Origin: Desulfurivibrionaceae bacterium
GTDB taxonomy: Bacteria > Desulfobacterota > Desulfobulbia > Desulfobulbales > Desulfurivibrionaceae
NCBI GenBank assembly: GCA_041675585.1
Contig: JBAYTO010000003.1
Span: forward strand, 21,396-85,395
Direction of reading: 5' to 3'
DNA length: 64,000 bases
Part shown: piece by piece, positions 11,501 to 20,124 of the stretch
Layout: every line of letters starts with the position of its first letter
How positions within the stretch are numbered: the stretch's first letter is position 1
The notes under the pieces: model-generated
The model's input: only the letters and a program-made list of their open reading frames with translations
Database searches by the model: none
What the model was told of the DNA's origin: nothing
Translations under genes and position numbers: made by a program

Positions 11501-12729
11501 GTGTTTTCAGTGGCGATACTGATGCGGCCTGCCCAAGCAACGACCACACCTGTTCGGTTTTCAAAAAGGCAGGGGAAGATTTCAACCTGACGGTCAGGGG
11601 CGTAGCCTGGGAAGTTGATAGCGACACCGATATGTGCAGCGACAATGTGGTGACGCCGAACTACCGGCAGGTCGGGATCGCCCTTGGTCACAGCCTGGTT
11701 GCTCCGAGCGGCGGCTCAGGTGGCAGCCTCGGCCTGACAACCTTAAATCTGGCAGCCGCCGACAACGGCAGCAATACCGTCACCCAGACCATTTCCGAGG
11801 TGGGAGTGTTCAGGTTTACTGCCACCCCACCTACCAACGGCTACTTCACCACCTACACTGTGCCAGCCGGCACCAGTGCGAGCATTGGCCGCTTCATCCC
11901 CGACCATTTCGCCATCTCCCCGAGCGGGATAAACGAAGGCTGCGTTGCCGGGAACTTCACTTATTTCGGCCAGGACGGCTTCAGCACCGCCTTTACCATT
12001 ACCGCCCAGAACACCGGCAACGCCACCACCGCCAACTATACCGGCAACTTTGCCAAGCTTGGTCTGACCGATTGGAATAACTTCGTCTTCACCGCCACCG
12101 GCCTGCCGACCTCGCCGCTTTCGATCCTCGCTGCAAGCGCCAGCACCCTGCCAAGCGGCAGCTGGGCAAACGGGGTGGCCGCTGTTGTGGCCAAACACCA
12201 GGCCAGCCGCCCTACCTCGCCGGTGGCTCCCGCCAGTGTCATGGTCAGCGCCAAGCCGGTGGACAGCGATAGTGTCACTCCGGCCTCGGCCACTGCGGTG
12301 CAGTCGGCAAGCACCGCGCTCCGTTATGGCCGGGCTGTAGTGCAAAATGCCTATGGCCCGGAAAGGGAAACGCACAAAATGCGGCTCTTGACCCAGTATT
12401 ACAACGGCTCTTCCTTTATCAACAACAGCGATGACTCCTGTACCATCTACAATGCTGCCAGCCTTACCTGTAACAACCTTACCGGCCCCATTGCCTGTAG
12501 CGATGTGACCCCAAGCGGCACAGGGATCGGCCACGGCCAGTATTTTCTCCTTACCCCGCTTTCGACAAAGATTGGCCCCCTCCTCTACACCCTGACCGTT
12601 ACCCCCTGGCTGCAATACGAATGGGACAACGCCGGTAACGATTACGATGAAAACCCTTTTGCCCGGGCCAACTTCGGCATCTATCGCGGCAACGACCGGA
12701 TCATCAACTGGCGGGAGATCATCCGCTGA
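8578..12729 (+). CDS. MshQ-like large pilus adhesin: beta-helix-like repeats, two LamG/concanavalin-like domains, C-terminal MshQ (DUF6701-like) region
   Basis: Two YRFDE...W.G...LDE LamG-like modules; DHIRLEH, IGRFIPDHF, ALRYGR..NAYGPE and ANFGIYRGNDRIINWRE resemble MshQ C-termini; followed by minor pilins. Start uncertain (8578 or GTG 8761). Confidence 0.8.
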   Translation: MSSITKTLPTQNNPAKPAVLLAAAPVKIWGVSLFLLAFETRLPQISPQKPPIVDTPERIWGVSLFFLLFFLFFAILTSTHVLAATYSLPAGIGSGPFANCSLTSGTTYTCSGSGSGSGDINLANNDILNFTASMTLLATDDFTAGNTVSVNSNGNTVTISTSDDITFGNNFVGTINWQAGDTFNVGNGATITGNITAGDDINIGNNVTLSGNMTSGDDISVGNNGNITGNVVAADELTLPANTFVTGNCTPTHSQCTGGTPAVIAEYRFDECSWTSGTSGAVIDSTGSYSGTPYSTNTVSGGVVNRAADLSATGTSDYIHWPISLLNGRTNFTISLWFKTSSHPDQQEILHGLGSSSGDDEIEIYLINTTGIRVNIRDEGNNYTAPSSFTNGAWHHLAVTRSGASVCVYLDSTVLACNTRSSNALSITDSNALLTGQEQDSFGGGFTSSQALEAQLDEFKVFAAALSASSISSIYANELAGNNWDGSSRSNPCLITSMAEYRFDEASWNGTSGEVADSSGNGYAGTAASLSATKPTTADTTPAIAGNPGTCRYGVFTRANKDYVALPASFPNLGSTGQAFTITAWLRTTNNTQPGQRILIDDQSNSTGYGFSLGDGGTGRLRFYSRGTPSRLILDTDNVNVIANNTWYFVAAVIDVPNKIKRIYAFNSAGTLLTSVSSAAWTEASFGSDSGIASIGGETNASGENSSSFGFSGNLDEVNVFTSALSQSDLATILARTHPCTATVNLDHIRLEHDGAGLTCMPETITVKACAVADCTSYYTDTVTATLSPSGWVGGDAITFSSGTTTAQLRHTTAETVTLGGSVTSPGATNSTRCFNGGTESCSLPFSNAGFIIAAPDLIANKPGTVTIQAVKLADNGITCAPAFTGSRTVNFWSGYENPNTGTKQVSLGGTPISTSTSGTGISLNFNATATASIAVSYADAGQMRLNASYTESGTEAGLVLEGNDLFVSRPAGLCVFSGDTDAACPSNDHTCSVFKKAGEDFNLTVRGVAWEVDSDTDMCSDNVVTPNYRQVGIALGHSLVAPSGGSGGSLGLTTLNLAAADNGSNTVTQTISEVGVFRFTATPPTNGYFTTYTVPAGTSASIGRFIPDHFAISPSGINEGCVAGNFTYFGQDGFSTAFTITAQNTGNATTANYTGNFAKLGLTDWNNFVFTATGLPTSPLSILAASASTLPSGSWANGVAAVVAKHQASRPTSPVAPASVMVSAKPVDSDSVTPASATAVQSASTALRYGRAVVQNAYGPERETHKMRLLTQYYNGSSFINNSDDSCTIYNAASLTCNNLTGPIACSDVTPSGTGIGHGQYFLLTPLSTKIGPLLYTLTVTPWLQYEWDNAGNDYDENPFARANFGIYRGNDRIINWREIIR
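8658..8774. repeat. Two exact 24-bp direct repeats AATATGGGGAGTGTCCCTGTTTTT
   Basis: Copies at 8658-8681 and 8751-8774. Confidence 0.9.
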
Positions 12730-12732
12730 GCC

Positions 12733-13209
12733 ATGACTATAATCCCTTATTTATACGACACAAACCGGCAGCGCGGCTTCACCCTGATTGAGCTGATCAT
12801 GATCATTATCCTTCTCGGGATTCTTTCCGCCACCATCTACGCCCGCTGGCCAGTAGGCATGGAAGAAGAGGCGGCGGCAAAAGAATTCAAACGGGCGGTG
12901 CGTTATGCCCAACACAAGGCCATGACCAGAGAATACACCACGGCTGGAGCTGCCTGGGGGATTATGGTTAATGCCGATTCCAGCTATACCGTGCAGCGGG
13001 CAAGCGGAGTCGAACAGGCAGAGGCCGGATATGTGAACCGTTGCCTTAACTCCGACAATCCGCCCCCCTGCGATATCCCGATTTCCACTGGCTCTCTATA
13101 TTTCAACGGTCTTGGAGAACCATTGAGTGGAGGTGCTTCTTTCACCATCGGCGTCGCCCCCGACAGCAAAACCGTTACGATAAGCCCGGCCACCGGCTAT
13201 GTGGAATAG
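12733..13209 (+). CDS. Minor type IV pilin (MshC-like)
   Basis: Class III signal RG|FTLIELIM. Confidence 0.8.
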   Translation: MTIIPYLYDTNRQRGFTLIELIMIIILLGILSATIYARWPVGMEEEAAAKEFKRAVRYAQHKAMTREYTTAGAAWGIMVNADSSYTVQRASGVEQAEAGYVNRCLNSDNPPPCDIPISTGSLYFNGLGEPLSGGASFTIGVAPDSKTVTISPATGYVE

Positions 13210-13210
13210 C

Positions 13211-13852
13211 ATGGAACAAAACACCAGGAAAAATGCCGATAGTTGCGGCTTCACCCTTATGGAGATCATCATCACCATTGTCATCCTCGGCTCGGTTGCC
13301 GGGATTCTGGTGCCGTTCTTCAACGCCGTCACCCACAGCCCGGACCCGGTGATCCGGGAACGGGCCATCTCTCTTGGCCAGGCCATGATGGACGAGATCA
13401 TGGCCAAGCGCTGGGATGAGAATACCCCCATGGGCGGCGGGCCTCTGATTACCAGTGAAACTCTGGCCGACGATGGCTCCACATGCACGACTCCACCCAC
13501 CCCTTGCACCGGAAATCGCCTCAACTGTTTTGTCTGCCGGAATCCAGGCTACATACCTGGAACGGCAAGCACCGGATTCAACGATGGCGAATTACGGATA
13601 GACTATGATGATGTGGACGATTACCACGGCCTCAACGAAACCGGCACCTTCACCGACCAAAACGGCAACAGCTTCGCCCTGACCAACTACACCCGCCAGG
13701 TGGCAGTGCTCTACATCGCCAGCTCTGCCAGCCCCATTGACCAAAACACCTTGGCCGCGTCCGGCACCACCGACACCAAGCTGGTGGTGGTAACCGTGAC
13801 CTCGCCCCTGGGGGAAACCTTTTATTTTGTGGCCGTGGCCTGCAACCTATGA
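13211..13852 (+). CDS. Minor type IV pilin (MshD-like)
   Basis: CG|FTLMEII signal; RAISLGQAMMDEI, DENTP and YDDVDDYHG segments resemble MshD. Confidence 0.8.
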   Translation: MEQNTRKNADSCGFTLMEIIITIVILGSVAGILVPFFNAVTHSPDPVIRERAISLGQAMMDEIMAKRWDENTPMGGGPLITSETLADDGSTCTTPPTPCTGNRLNCFVCRNPGYIPGTASTGFNDGELRIDYDDVDDYHGLNETGTFTDQNGNSFALTNYTRQVAVLYIASSASPIDQNTLAASGTTDTKLVVVTVTSPLGETFYFVAVACNL

Positions 13853-14475
13853 AATCACCCCATAAAACAGACCTTCGTCTCCATCTTTCAATGGCATGCG
13901 CAAATAGCATGGTTCGCGAGCTTGCTCGCGAACCCAACTGCGCGGATTACCGTAGGAGCGAGCTTGCTCGCGAACCCGTCCCAAATAAAGCGAACAAAAA
14001 TTCTCATCCTGATCACCCCTTTCATGGCAGCAATCTTCGCAAAAGAAGATACTCCGAATCAGGCCGTCCATACCTGGTAACATCGGTTACCAACCACCGG
14101 CAAAAATTGTTTGCAACCTGGCAAGCAGGCCGCCCGCTTGCTTTAGAGTTCAACTCTCCCTGGCTGCAAAACCGGGCGGAAACCCTCGCCTGGGTAATCA
14201 TGCCCGATCATTTTCATTGGCTTATCTCTTTGCAGGATTATGGTGACCTGCCGGAAATCATGCAAAGGTCGAAATCCCGTTCCGCCATTGCCTTGAATTT
14301 GCTCCAAGGACAAGGGGGAAGGCAGGTATGGCAAAAGGGATATTATGACCACGCCGTACGCGCCGAAGAAGATATTGTTGCTCTGGCCAGGTATGTCGTC
14401 GCCAACCCCATCCGGGCCAGGCTGGTTGCAAAACTCAATGATTATCCCCTGTGGGATGCGGTTTGGTTGCCATGA
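13849..14475 (+). mobile_element. REP-associated tyrosine transposase (RAYT/TnpA-REP, Y1 HUH family)
   Basis: LAWVIMPDHFHWL (HUH), VWQKGYYDHAVR and RYVVANP (catalytic Tyr), DYPLWDAVWL C-terminus; flanked on both sides by GTAG REPs. Confidence 0.92.
13909..13975. repeat. REP cluster left of RAYT core
   Basis: Palindrome GTTCGCGAGCTTGCTCGCGAAC (13912-13933) and GTAGGAGCGAGCTTGCTCGCGA (13952-13973). Confidence 0.9.
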
Positions 14476-15416
14476 TTTATTTACGGAACAAAAGAATTCG
14501 CGAGCAAGCTCACTCCTACAACTGCGCGGAGGACTGTAGGAGCGAGCTTGCTCGCGAACCATACCCATGCACGAAAAACCGGAGGAAATATTTTCTAATA
14601 ACCCACCTCCTTCGTGGAAGACAAAACGGTTTCACCCTGATCGAACTGATCGTGGTCATTGTGCTACTTGGCATCGTTGGGGCCATGGGAGCCGACTTCA
14701 TCAGTCAGGCCTTCAAGGGTTTTTTCGATAGCGATGTCCGCATGGAGATGTATGAAGAAGGCAAGACGGCCTTGGTGCGGATGGAGCGGGAGATTCATAT
14801 CGCCCTGCCAAATGCGGTGCAAGAACCCTTCGACTCAGATGCAGATACCGTTGATGACACCATCAGCATCGGGGTAATAGATGAAAACGCCATGGCCGGG
14901 GTATTTGGCCAATACACAGAGGCTCATCCCAGCGGTGACTTTACGATCACCGACCGCACCGCGGCCCTGCAAGTAAGCAACCCACTGGTTTCCATTTACA
15001 ATACCTCCTGGGCCGATTTTTCCGACAGCAGCCGCATCTATCGGGTGACTTCCGCCTCCGGTGTCAATCCCATGATCCTGAGCGAGACCATCGGCCCGGC
15101 CTCGCCCTATGGCCGCTATTACGCAGTCCGCTCCGAAGCGGTTCGCTTTTCCGTGGCCAGTGGAGTTCTATCCCGGTCAACGACTACAGTGACTGAGGGA
15201 AGCGCCTTGGATGAGACCGATTTTGCAAACAACCAACAAACTCTAGCCAAAAATGTCCAGCCAGCAGTTGACCCATCAAATGCCCCGCTGCCCTATTTCA
15301 CTTACGAACCCGGCACCTCAACCCGCAACAGCGTGGTGGTCATCAATTTCGCCATCAGCCGCAACGAGGAAACGGTTAACTTCCACAAGGAGATCCAGGT
15401 CCGCAATGTGCCGTGA
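14472..15416 (+). CDS. Minor type IV pilin (MshO-like)
   Basis: NG|FTLIELIVVIVLLGIVG signal; LVRMEREIHIALPN and FHKEIQVRNVP resemble MshO; the nearest in-frame ATG is 14472, overlapping the RAYT stop. Confidence 0.8.
   Translation: MIYLRNKRIREQAHSYNCAEDCRSELAREPYPCTKNRRKYFLITHLLRGRQNGFTLIELIVVIVLLGIVGAMGADFISQAFKGFFDSDVRMEMYEEGKTALVRMEREIHIALPNAVQEPFDSDADTVDDTISIGVIDENAMAGVFGQYTEAHPSGDFTITDRTAALQVSNPLVSIYNTSWADFSDSSRIYRVTSASGVNPMILSETIGPASPYGRYYAVRSEAVRFSVASGVLSRSTTTVTEGSALDETDFANNQQTLAKNVQPAVDPSNAPLPYFTYEPGTSTRNSVVVINFAISRNEETVNFHKEIQVRNVP
14498..14562. repeat. REP pair right of RAYT
   Basis: Inverted TCGCGAGCAAGCTCACTCCTAC (14498-14519) and GTAGGAGCGAGCTTGCTCGCGA (14536-14557); spacer CAACTGCGCGGA is shared with the left cluster. 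Confidence 0.9.
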
Positions 15417-15816
15417 ACCGAGTCGCATATTCACCCCCGGCGCGGGGGAACGGGGCATCGCCCTTATCACCGCCATTTTCGCCATTGTCATTCTCGGGCT
15501 GTTCGGCCTGCTCATCGCCCGTTACACCGTGACCACCCAAACCTCTTCGGTCGAAGATTACCTGTGGGCCCAGGCCCTGTACAGCGCCGAGTCCACCATG
15601 CGATTGAATATCCTCGGGGATGATGACGGCGGGGGAATTACTGCGCCTGTAAATCCCACGGTGGGGGGGATAAAAACAGAATTGCTGGAAGTTATCCCTG
15701 GTACTCCCTTTGCCTTCTCTGCTCCAGGCACATATGTAACATTACAGGTCCGGGGCTTTCACGATATAGGAGTCAGCCGCACCGTGGAGGCAAAATATCT
15801 CCTGGCCTCACCGTAA
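15406..15816 (+). CDS. Minor pilin (MshP/PilX-like)
   Basis: RG|IALITAIFAIV (no Glu5, as in PilX/MshP types); ALYSAES motif. Confidence 0.7.
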   Translation: MCREPSRIFTPGAGERGIALITAIFAIVILGLFGLLIARYTVTTQTSSVEDYLWAQALYSAESTMRLNILGDDDGGGITAPVNPTVGGIKTELLEVIPGTPFAFSAPGTYVTLQVRGFHDIGVSRTVEAKYLLASP

Positions 15817-15874
15817 GTTTTTTCACGACTCATCAAGACTTTAGCCGCATAGTGCAATAGACTTCGTAAAGTCT

Positions 15875-15902
15875 TTGACACACGCATAATCTATGCTATA
15901 AG
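15875..15902 (+). promoter_or_regulatory. Putative sigma70 promoter (extended -10)
   Basis: TTGACA 15875-15880, 16-nt spacer ending TGC, TATAAG 15897-15902, in an AT-rich gap. Confidence 0.5.
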
Positions 15903-15968
15903 GAAATAATTTTATTGGTAAAATTTAAAGATTTAATTAAGCACTCCAACCACCGGGGGAGGTGTTCC

Positions 15969-16565
15969 GTGCCCAGACTTGACAATAAAGGCTTCACCCT
16001 CATCGAGCTGATCATCGTCATCATTCTTCTCGGTCTCATCTCCGCCACCGCGATCCCCTACTATCTCAACATCCAGAAAGAAGCGAAGATCTCCGTGGTC
16101 AAGGGCAAGCTCGCCGCCATTCGGGGCGGACTTGAACTGGCCCACGCCAAGATTCTTGCCTCCGGGGTCAACACCGGCCCGGATGGCAACAACCCGGACT
16201 GGCCCACCCTGGAAGAGGTGCAATTCAACGAACTGCGCCTCAGTACCCGTCCCGCCGCCCTGATCGGGTTGCGCATTGTCCGCAGCGACTTTTACTCCAC
16301 CGAACAAAACAAGGCCCTGCCGCTTTGCAACCTGCCTGATCAACCGCCGGGCATGTCCGCCAGCCCCTCCGGCGTTTCCGCAAAATCCCAATTAGAGGCG
16401 CTGGCAAACCCCAGACTGGCGGATGAATCCACGGGCTGGGCTTACTATCCCGGCAATGAACGCGATAGCGCCGGCCGGGGAGTCGACGCCATCTTTTATG
16501 TGAATGATGACCGGACCCTCACCGACAATGTTGACTCCGCCGACAGACGGCCTTCTGAGTGGTAA
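15969..16565 (+). CDS. Type IV pilin (MshB/MshA-like)
   Basis: KG|FTLIELIIVIILLGLISATAIP; GGGAGG RBS before GTG 15969. Confidence 0.8.
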   Translation: MPRLDNKGFTLIELIIVIILLGLISATAIPYYLNIQKEAKISVVKGKLAAIRGGLELAHAKILASGVNTGPDGNNPDWPTLEEVQFNELRLSTRPAALIGLRIVRSDFYSTEQNKALPLCNLPDQPPGMSASPSGVSAKSQLEALANPRLADESTGWAYYPGNERDSAGRGVDAIFYVNDDRTLTDNVDSADRRPSEW

Positions 16566-16573
16566 GCTGACGC

Positions 16574-17236
16574 GTGAGCAGACTTTACAACACCCTCGAA
16601 AAGATTCGCGCCACTGAGCATGGCGCCGCCCCCGGGCAAAAATCCGCGCCGGCCACGGGAACCGGCCAGCCTGCCGGCAAGAGAGGCATGCGTCTATTTG
16701 TTTTCCTGGGCACTTCGCTAGCGCTGTTGCTTGCCTTGCTGATATTTTTTAGCGGGCCAAAACGCAAGAACTCAGTAAGACAACCGGAGAAAACCGCAGG
16801 GGTAACCTCCAGCGCTGTTGCTCCGGCGCCCACCACTGGCCAAGCCCCGGGGCCGGCCCCGAATAGTCAGGCACCAGCAGGCCGGCCGCCGTCAGTCGTC
16901 GCGAGCCCAGGCAACTACCAGCAGCTCAACGACACCGGCCTGGCCCTGATCAAGGATAACCAGCCATGGCGGGGACTCTACCAGCTGGACAAAGCTCGCC
17001 GCCAGCAGCCGGAAAGACCGGAAGCCCTGATCAACATGGCGGTAACCCTGGCGGAAATGGGTCTTTCCGCCCCGGCAAAAAGGCTGTTCCACGAGGCCCA
17101 TGCTCTGGCGCCAAACCACCCTATGCTCCGCAAGAACCTCGATCTGCTGGCCCGGAACGATCTGCTTGACCGCCAATGGCTGTTTTCCCTGAGCGCTGGC
17201 GACTCCGGGCCAAAACAGACCACACCGCCGCAATGA
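16574..17236 (+). CDS. TPR-containing membrane protein (MshN-like)
   Basis: MSRLYNTLEKIR N-terminus, one TM helix, Pro-rich linker, TPR-like helices (EALINMAVTLAEMG...NHPMLRKNL). Confidence 0.6.
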   Translation: MSRLYNTLEKIRATEHGAAPGQKSAPATGTGQPAGKRGMRLFVFLGTSLALLLALLIFFSGPKRKNSVRQPEKTAGVTSSAVAPAPTTGQAPGPAPNSQAPAGRPPSVVASPGNYQQLNDTGLALIKDNQPWRGLYQLDKARRQQPERPEALINMAVTLAEMGLSAPAKRLFHEAHALAPNHPMLRKNLDLLARNDLLDRQWLFSLSAGDSGPKQTTPPQ

Positions 17237-17261
17237 TGCAGACAAAGGGACCTTATTTTTT

Positions 17262-18395
17262 ATGAATTTAAATCTGCCCTTTGGCCAAAAAAATTATCTC
17301 GCGCTGACCGGAGACAGCCAGAACTCCATGCTGGCCACCATTGCCAGATCCAGATCCGGGGCGGCCAACCTGCGTATTCTGGCCAGAACCGACAGCGCCA
17401 TCACTGCGGAGGTCGCCATCCCGAGGTTGCTCGCCGCCGCCGGCAGCATTAAGGGGCAGGTTTCCATGACCCTGCCCCTTGCCTTTTTTGAGCTAGTCAA
17501 CCTGAGCATCCCGGCCATGCCGGATGGCTCGGTGGGCAAGGCCTTGCCTTATCATCTTGCCAGGTCTCTGGGCAGCCCGCTCAATGAATTTACTTACGAC
17601 TGGCAGATAACAGGCCGCTTCAAAGACCGGCTGCAGATCACCGTTTATCTTTTTCCCGTCGGGATATTCCATAAGATCCGCCGTGAGTTCGCCAGAAAAC
17701 AACTCGAACTTGCTTTTTTTGAACCGGATGTCTTTTCGGCCTTCGCCTTTCTGGCCCAGGAAAATATGCTCTCCGAAAACGAAGCTTCACTCTGCGTGCT
17801 GCTCTGGCAGGACAGCATTTCCCTGGCTGTTTACGAAAAAGGCAAGCTCCCCCTGGCCCGCACGGTAAAAGCACCTCAACCCCAGGGAGAAATAAATCTG
17901 CAAGCTCCGGAGCAACAGACCCCCCAAGCAATGCCGGAACCAGATGACGAGCTGCTGATTTTCGAGCAAACTCCCCAGCCAGACAGAGATCACCTTGACA
18001 CCACCTCCATTCTCGCTGATTTTTGCGTACTGACGACTGCTCCTGCCGCCGACCAGTCTCAGGCAGGGTCACCTGCCGCAGCTAAAACCGAAGATATTGC
18101 CGCCTCTCTTGATGAATCAGAAACCGGCGAAACTACCGGCAACTCCTGGGCTGAGTACCTGAACAATATCCCCCTGGAAATTATGCGCACCCGCGATTAT
18201 TACGCCTCAATCCAAAAAGGCGGGACCATCAAGAATATCTTCGTCGGCGGGGCCGATGATTTCTGGCCCGAGTTTACCGAAGCCTGTGGCAGTCTGCTTG
18301 GCCTTAAGTGCAAGCCCCTCACTGTTGCTGGAGCAGGAGAAGATGCTCCTTCCCTGCTGCAGGTCATGGCTATCGGCACCGGGGCAAGGTGGTGA
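17262..18395 (+). CDS. Pilus alignment-complex protein (PilM/MshI-like)
   Basis: Divergent actin-like-fold pattern (EIMRTRDYY, IFVGG, AIGTGAR); precedes pilN/pilO-like genes. Confidence 0.55.
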   Translation: MNLNLPFGQKNYLALTGDSQNSMLATIARSRSGAANLRILARTDSAITAEVAIPRLLAAAGSIKGQVSMTLPLAFFELVNLSIPAMPDGSVGKALPYHLARSLGSPLNEFTYDWQITGRFKDRLQITVYLFPVGIFHKIRREFARKQLELAFFEPDVFSAFAFLAQENMLSENEASLCVLLWQDSISLAVYEKGKLPLARTVKAPQPQGEINLQAPEQQTPQAMPEPDDELLIFEQTPQPDRDHLDTTSILADFCVLTTAPAADQSQAGSPAAAKTEDIAASLDESETGETTGNSWAEYLNNIPLEIMRTRDYYASIQKGGTIKNIFVGGADDFWPEFTEACGSLLGLKCKPLTVAGAGEDAPSLLQVMAIGTGARW

Positions 18396-18398
18396 GTC

Positions 18399-18974
18399 AT
18401 GCTTGAAAGAATCAACCTTGTCCCCCAGCTGCCCCTGTCCGAAAGGATCAGAAAAATCACCTTGCCGGCAACAGGCCTCCTTTTAGCCCTGGTTATCATT
18501 TTTCTTGTCGCCAGCGACCTGACGCTGAAAGCACGAATCAGCTCGCTTGGCCGGGATATTGCCGAGGCAAGGCAACGGGCCGGAGAAATCGCCGTTGTCC
18601 AGGCAAAGGTCGGAATGCTGACCAACAACATCAAGCAGCAGAAAGAAGAAAAAGCGCGTTTAACCGCCGAAGCGGCAAGACTTACCAGCATCCAGGAAAG
18701 GAAAAAACACTTTTCCCTGGCCTTGGCCGCCATTACCAGCGCAATGCCAACGTCTATCCGTTGCGAAAAAATCACCTTTCAGAAAGATGGAGGGCAGATT
18801 TTCGGCAAGGCGCTCCAATACCGGGAACTGCCTGCCTTTGTGAGAACCCTGGGCAGCAACCCGCTTTTTACCGGAGTATTCCTCCACGACCTTGACCGAA
18901 ACCCGGACGCCAAAAAATCGGACTTTAACTTTACCATCTCCTTTCAACTGAACCGGGAAGCAGAGCCATCGTGA
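18399..18974 (+). CDS. PilN-like protein
   Basis: INLVP N-terminal motif, TM helix, coiled coil, ferredoxin-like C-terminus ending F.ISFQL. Confidence 0.75.
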   Translation: MLERINLVPQLPLSERIRKITLPATGLLLALVIIFLVASDLTLKARISSLGRDIAEARQRAGEIAVVQAKVGMLTNNIKQQKEEKARLTAEAARLTSIQERKKHFSLALAAITSAMPTSIRCEKITFQKDGGQIFGKALQYRELPAFVRTLGSNPLFTGVFLHDLDRNPDAKKSDFNFTISFQLNREAEPS

Positions 18975-19630
18975 ACACCCAGCAGCTCACCATAATCAGC
19001 AACAAGCTGAAGGAATGGTTTTTCCTGTTTAAAAGCGACCCGGAAGCCACCGCGGAACTGAGAAAGCTTTGCCTGGGCATGCTGATCTGCGCCGCTGTTC
19101 TTTATAGCGGCTCGGATCTGTTTCTGGCCCCGCAGAAAAAAGTCCTTGCCCAGGAAATCGCCCAGAAAAAAGAAGCGGCGAACACCGCGCCTGCTGAGCT
19201 TGCCGGCATGTTTGCCTCCCAGCTTACCCTGCTTGAAGCAGAGCAAAAGTCTCTTGTGGAAGAAACAGAAACCCTGGCTCTGCAAATTCGTCTTATTGAA
19301 GAACAATGGCAGGCGCTCAGCGACCGCGAACAGTTTTCCAAAACACTTTTTGCCCTGCATGCAGACGCGCCAGTCAACATGGAAGGCCCGCTACGGCAGA
19401 TGAACCAGCTGGCAGACCGCTCGGTAAACGGCTTTACCCTTAGCACCGTCAATCTGGCCGGCGAGGTTCCCTTTCCCGATCTGTACCGGTATCTGCAATA
19501 TCTTGAAAGCCGCCCGGAAATTGGCATTATCGAGGATCTTGCCGTAGAACGTCTAAGCGCCGGCTACGACCAGCAGGCCAAAGTAAAATTCAGCATGATT
19601 GTCGGCAGAACGACCCTGGACAAACCATGA
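18971..19630 (+). CDS. PilO/MshJ-like protein
   Basis: TM helix plus coiled coil; GEVPFPDLYRYLQYLE segment; GTGA overlap with the pilN-like gene. Confidence 0.6.
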   Translation: MNTQQLTIISNKLKEWFFLFKSDPEATAELRKLCLGMLICAAVLYSGSDLFLAPQKKVLAQEIAQKKEAANTAPAELAGMFASQLTLLEAEQKSLVEETETLALQIRLIEEQWQALSDREQFSKTLFALHADAPVNMEGPLRQMNQLADRSVNGFTLSTVNLAGEVPFPDLYRYLQYLESRPEIGIIEDLAVERLSAGYDQQAKVKFSMIVGRTTLDKP

Positions 19631-20124
19631 AAAGAAACCGGCGCCCATCTCACCATAAAAGCTTCTTCCGGATTACGGATTCGCCTCGCCTGGCGGCCGG
19701 CTGCCTTGCTTTGGCGTTGCTGATCCTTGACCAGCCCTTGCCGCTTCAGGCCGAAGAAATCCAGGTTCTCACGGTGCGGCCGGAAAAAGTCAGGGATGCC
19801 ATGGGGCAGAAAAATTCCGGCCAGCCCCTTACCAGGGATCCTTTCAACTGGAGCCGCAAGCAGATCAGCCTGCTTAAGCAGCAAGAGCCGCGAGAAAAAA
19901 GCTCTTCCATCGGCGGCCTGACCATAACCGGAATAATCTGGGATAAAAACAAACCCCAGGCCGTCATCAATGACCGGCTGGTAGGCCGGGGCGACACGAT
20001 CAACGATTCGGTTATTACCAAGATCCTCAAGGATCTTGTCATCTTCGAACAAAACGGGATTTCCCACACCCTGTGGCTTGAGTCCTCGCCCAGGCCTCTT
20101 CCCCTTAAGGATAAAAAACCGTGA
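19627..20124 (+). CDS. MshK/PilP-like protein
   Basis: RDPF motif, LTITGIIW...AVIND..V..GD.I beta-sandwich pattern; precedes the secretin. Confidence 0.65.
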   Translation: MKRNRRPSHHKSFFRITDSPRLAAGCLALALLILDQPLPLQAEEIQVLTVRPEKVRDAMGQKNSGQPLTRDPFNWSRKQISLLKQQEPREKSSSIGGLTITGIIWDKNKPQAVINDRLVGRGDTINDSVITKILKDLVIFEQNGISHTLWLESSPRPLPLKDKKP

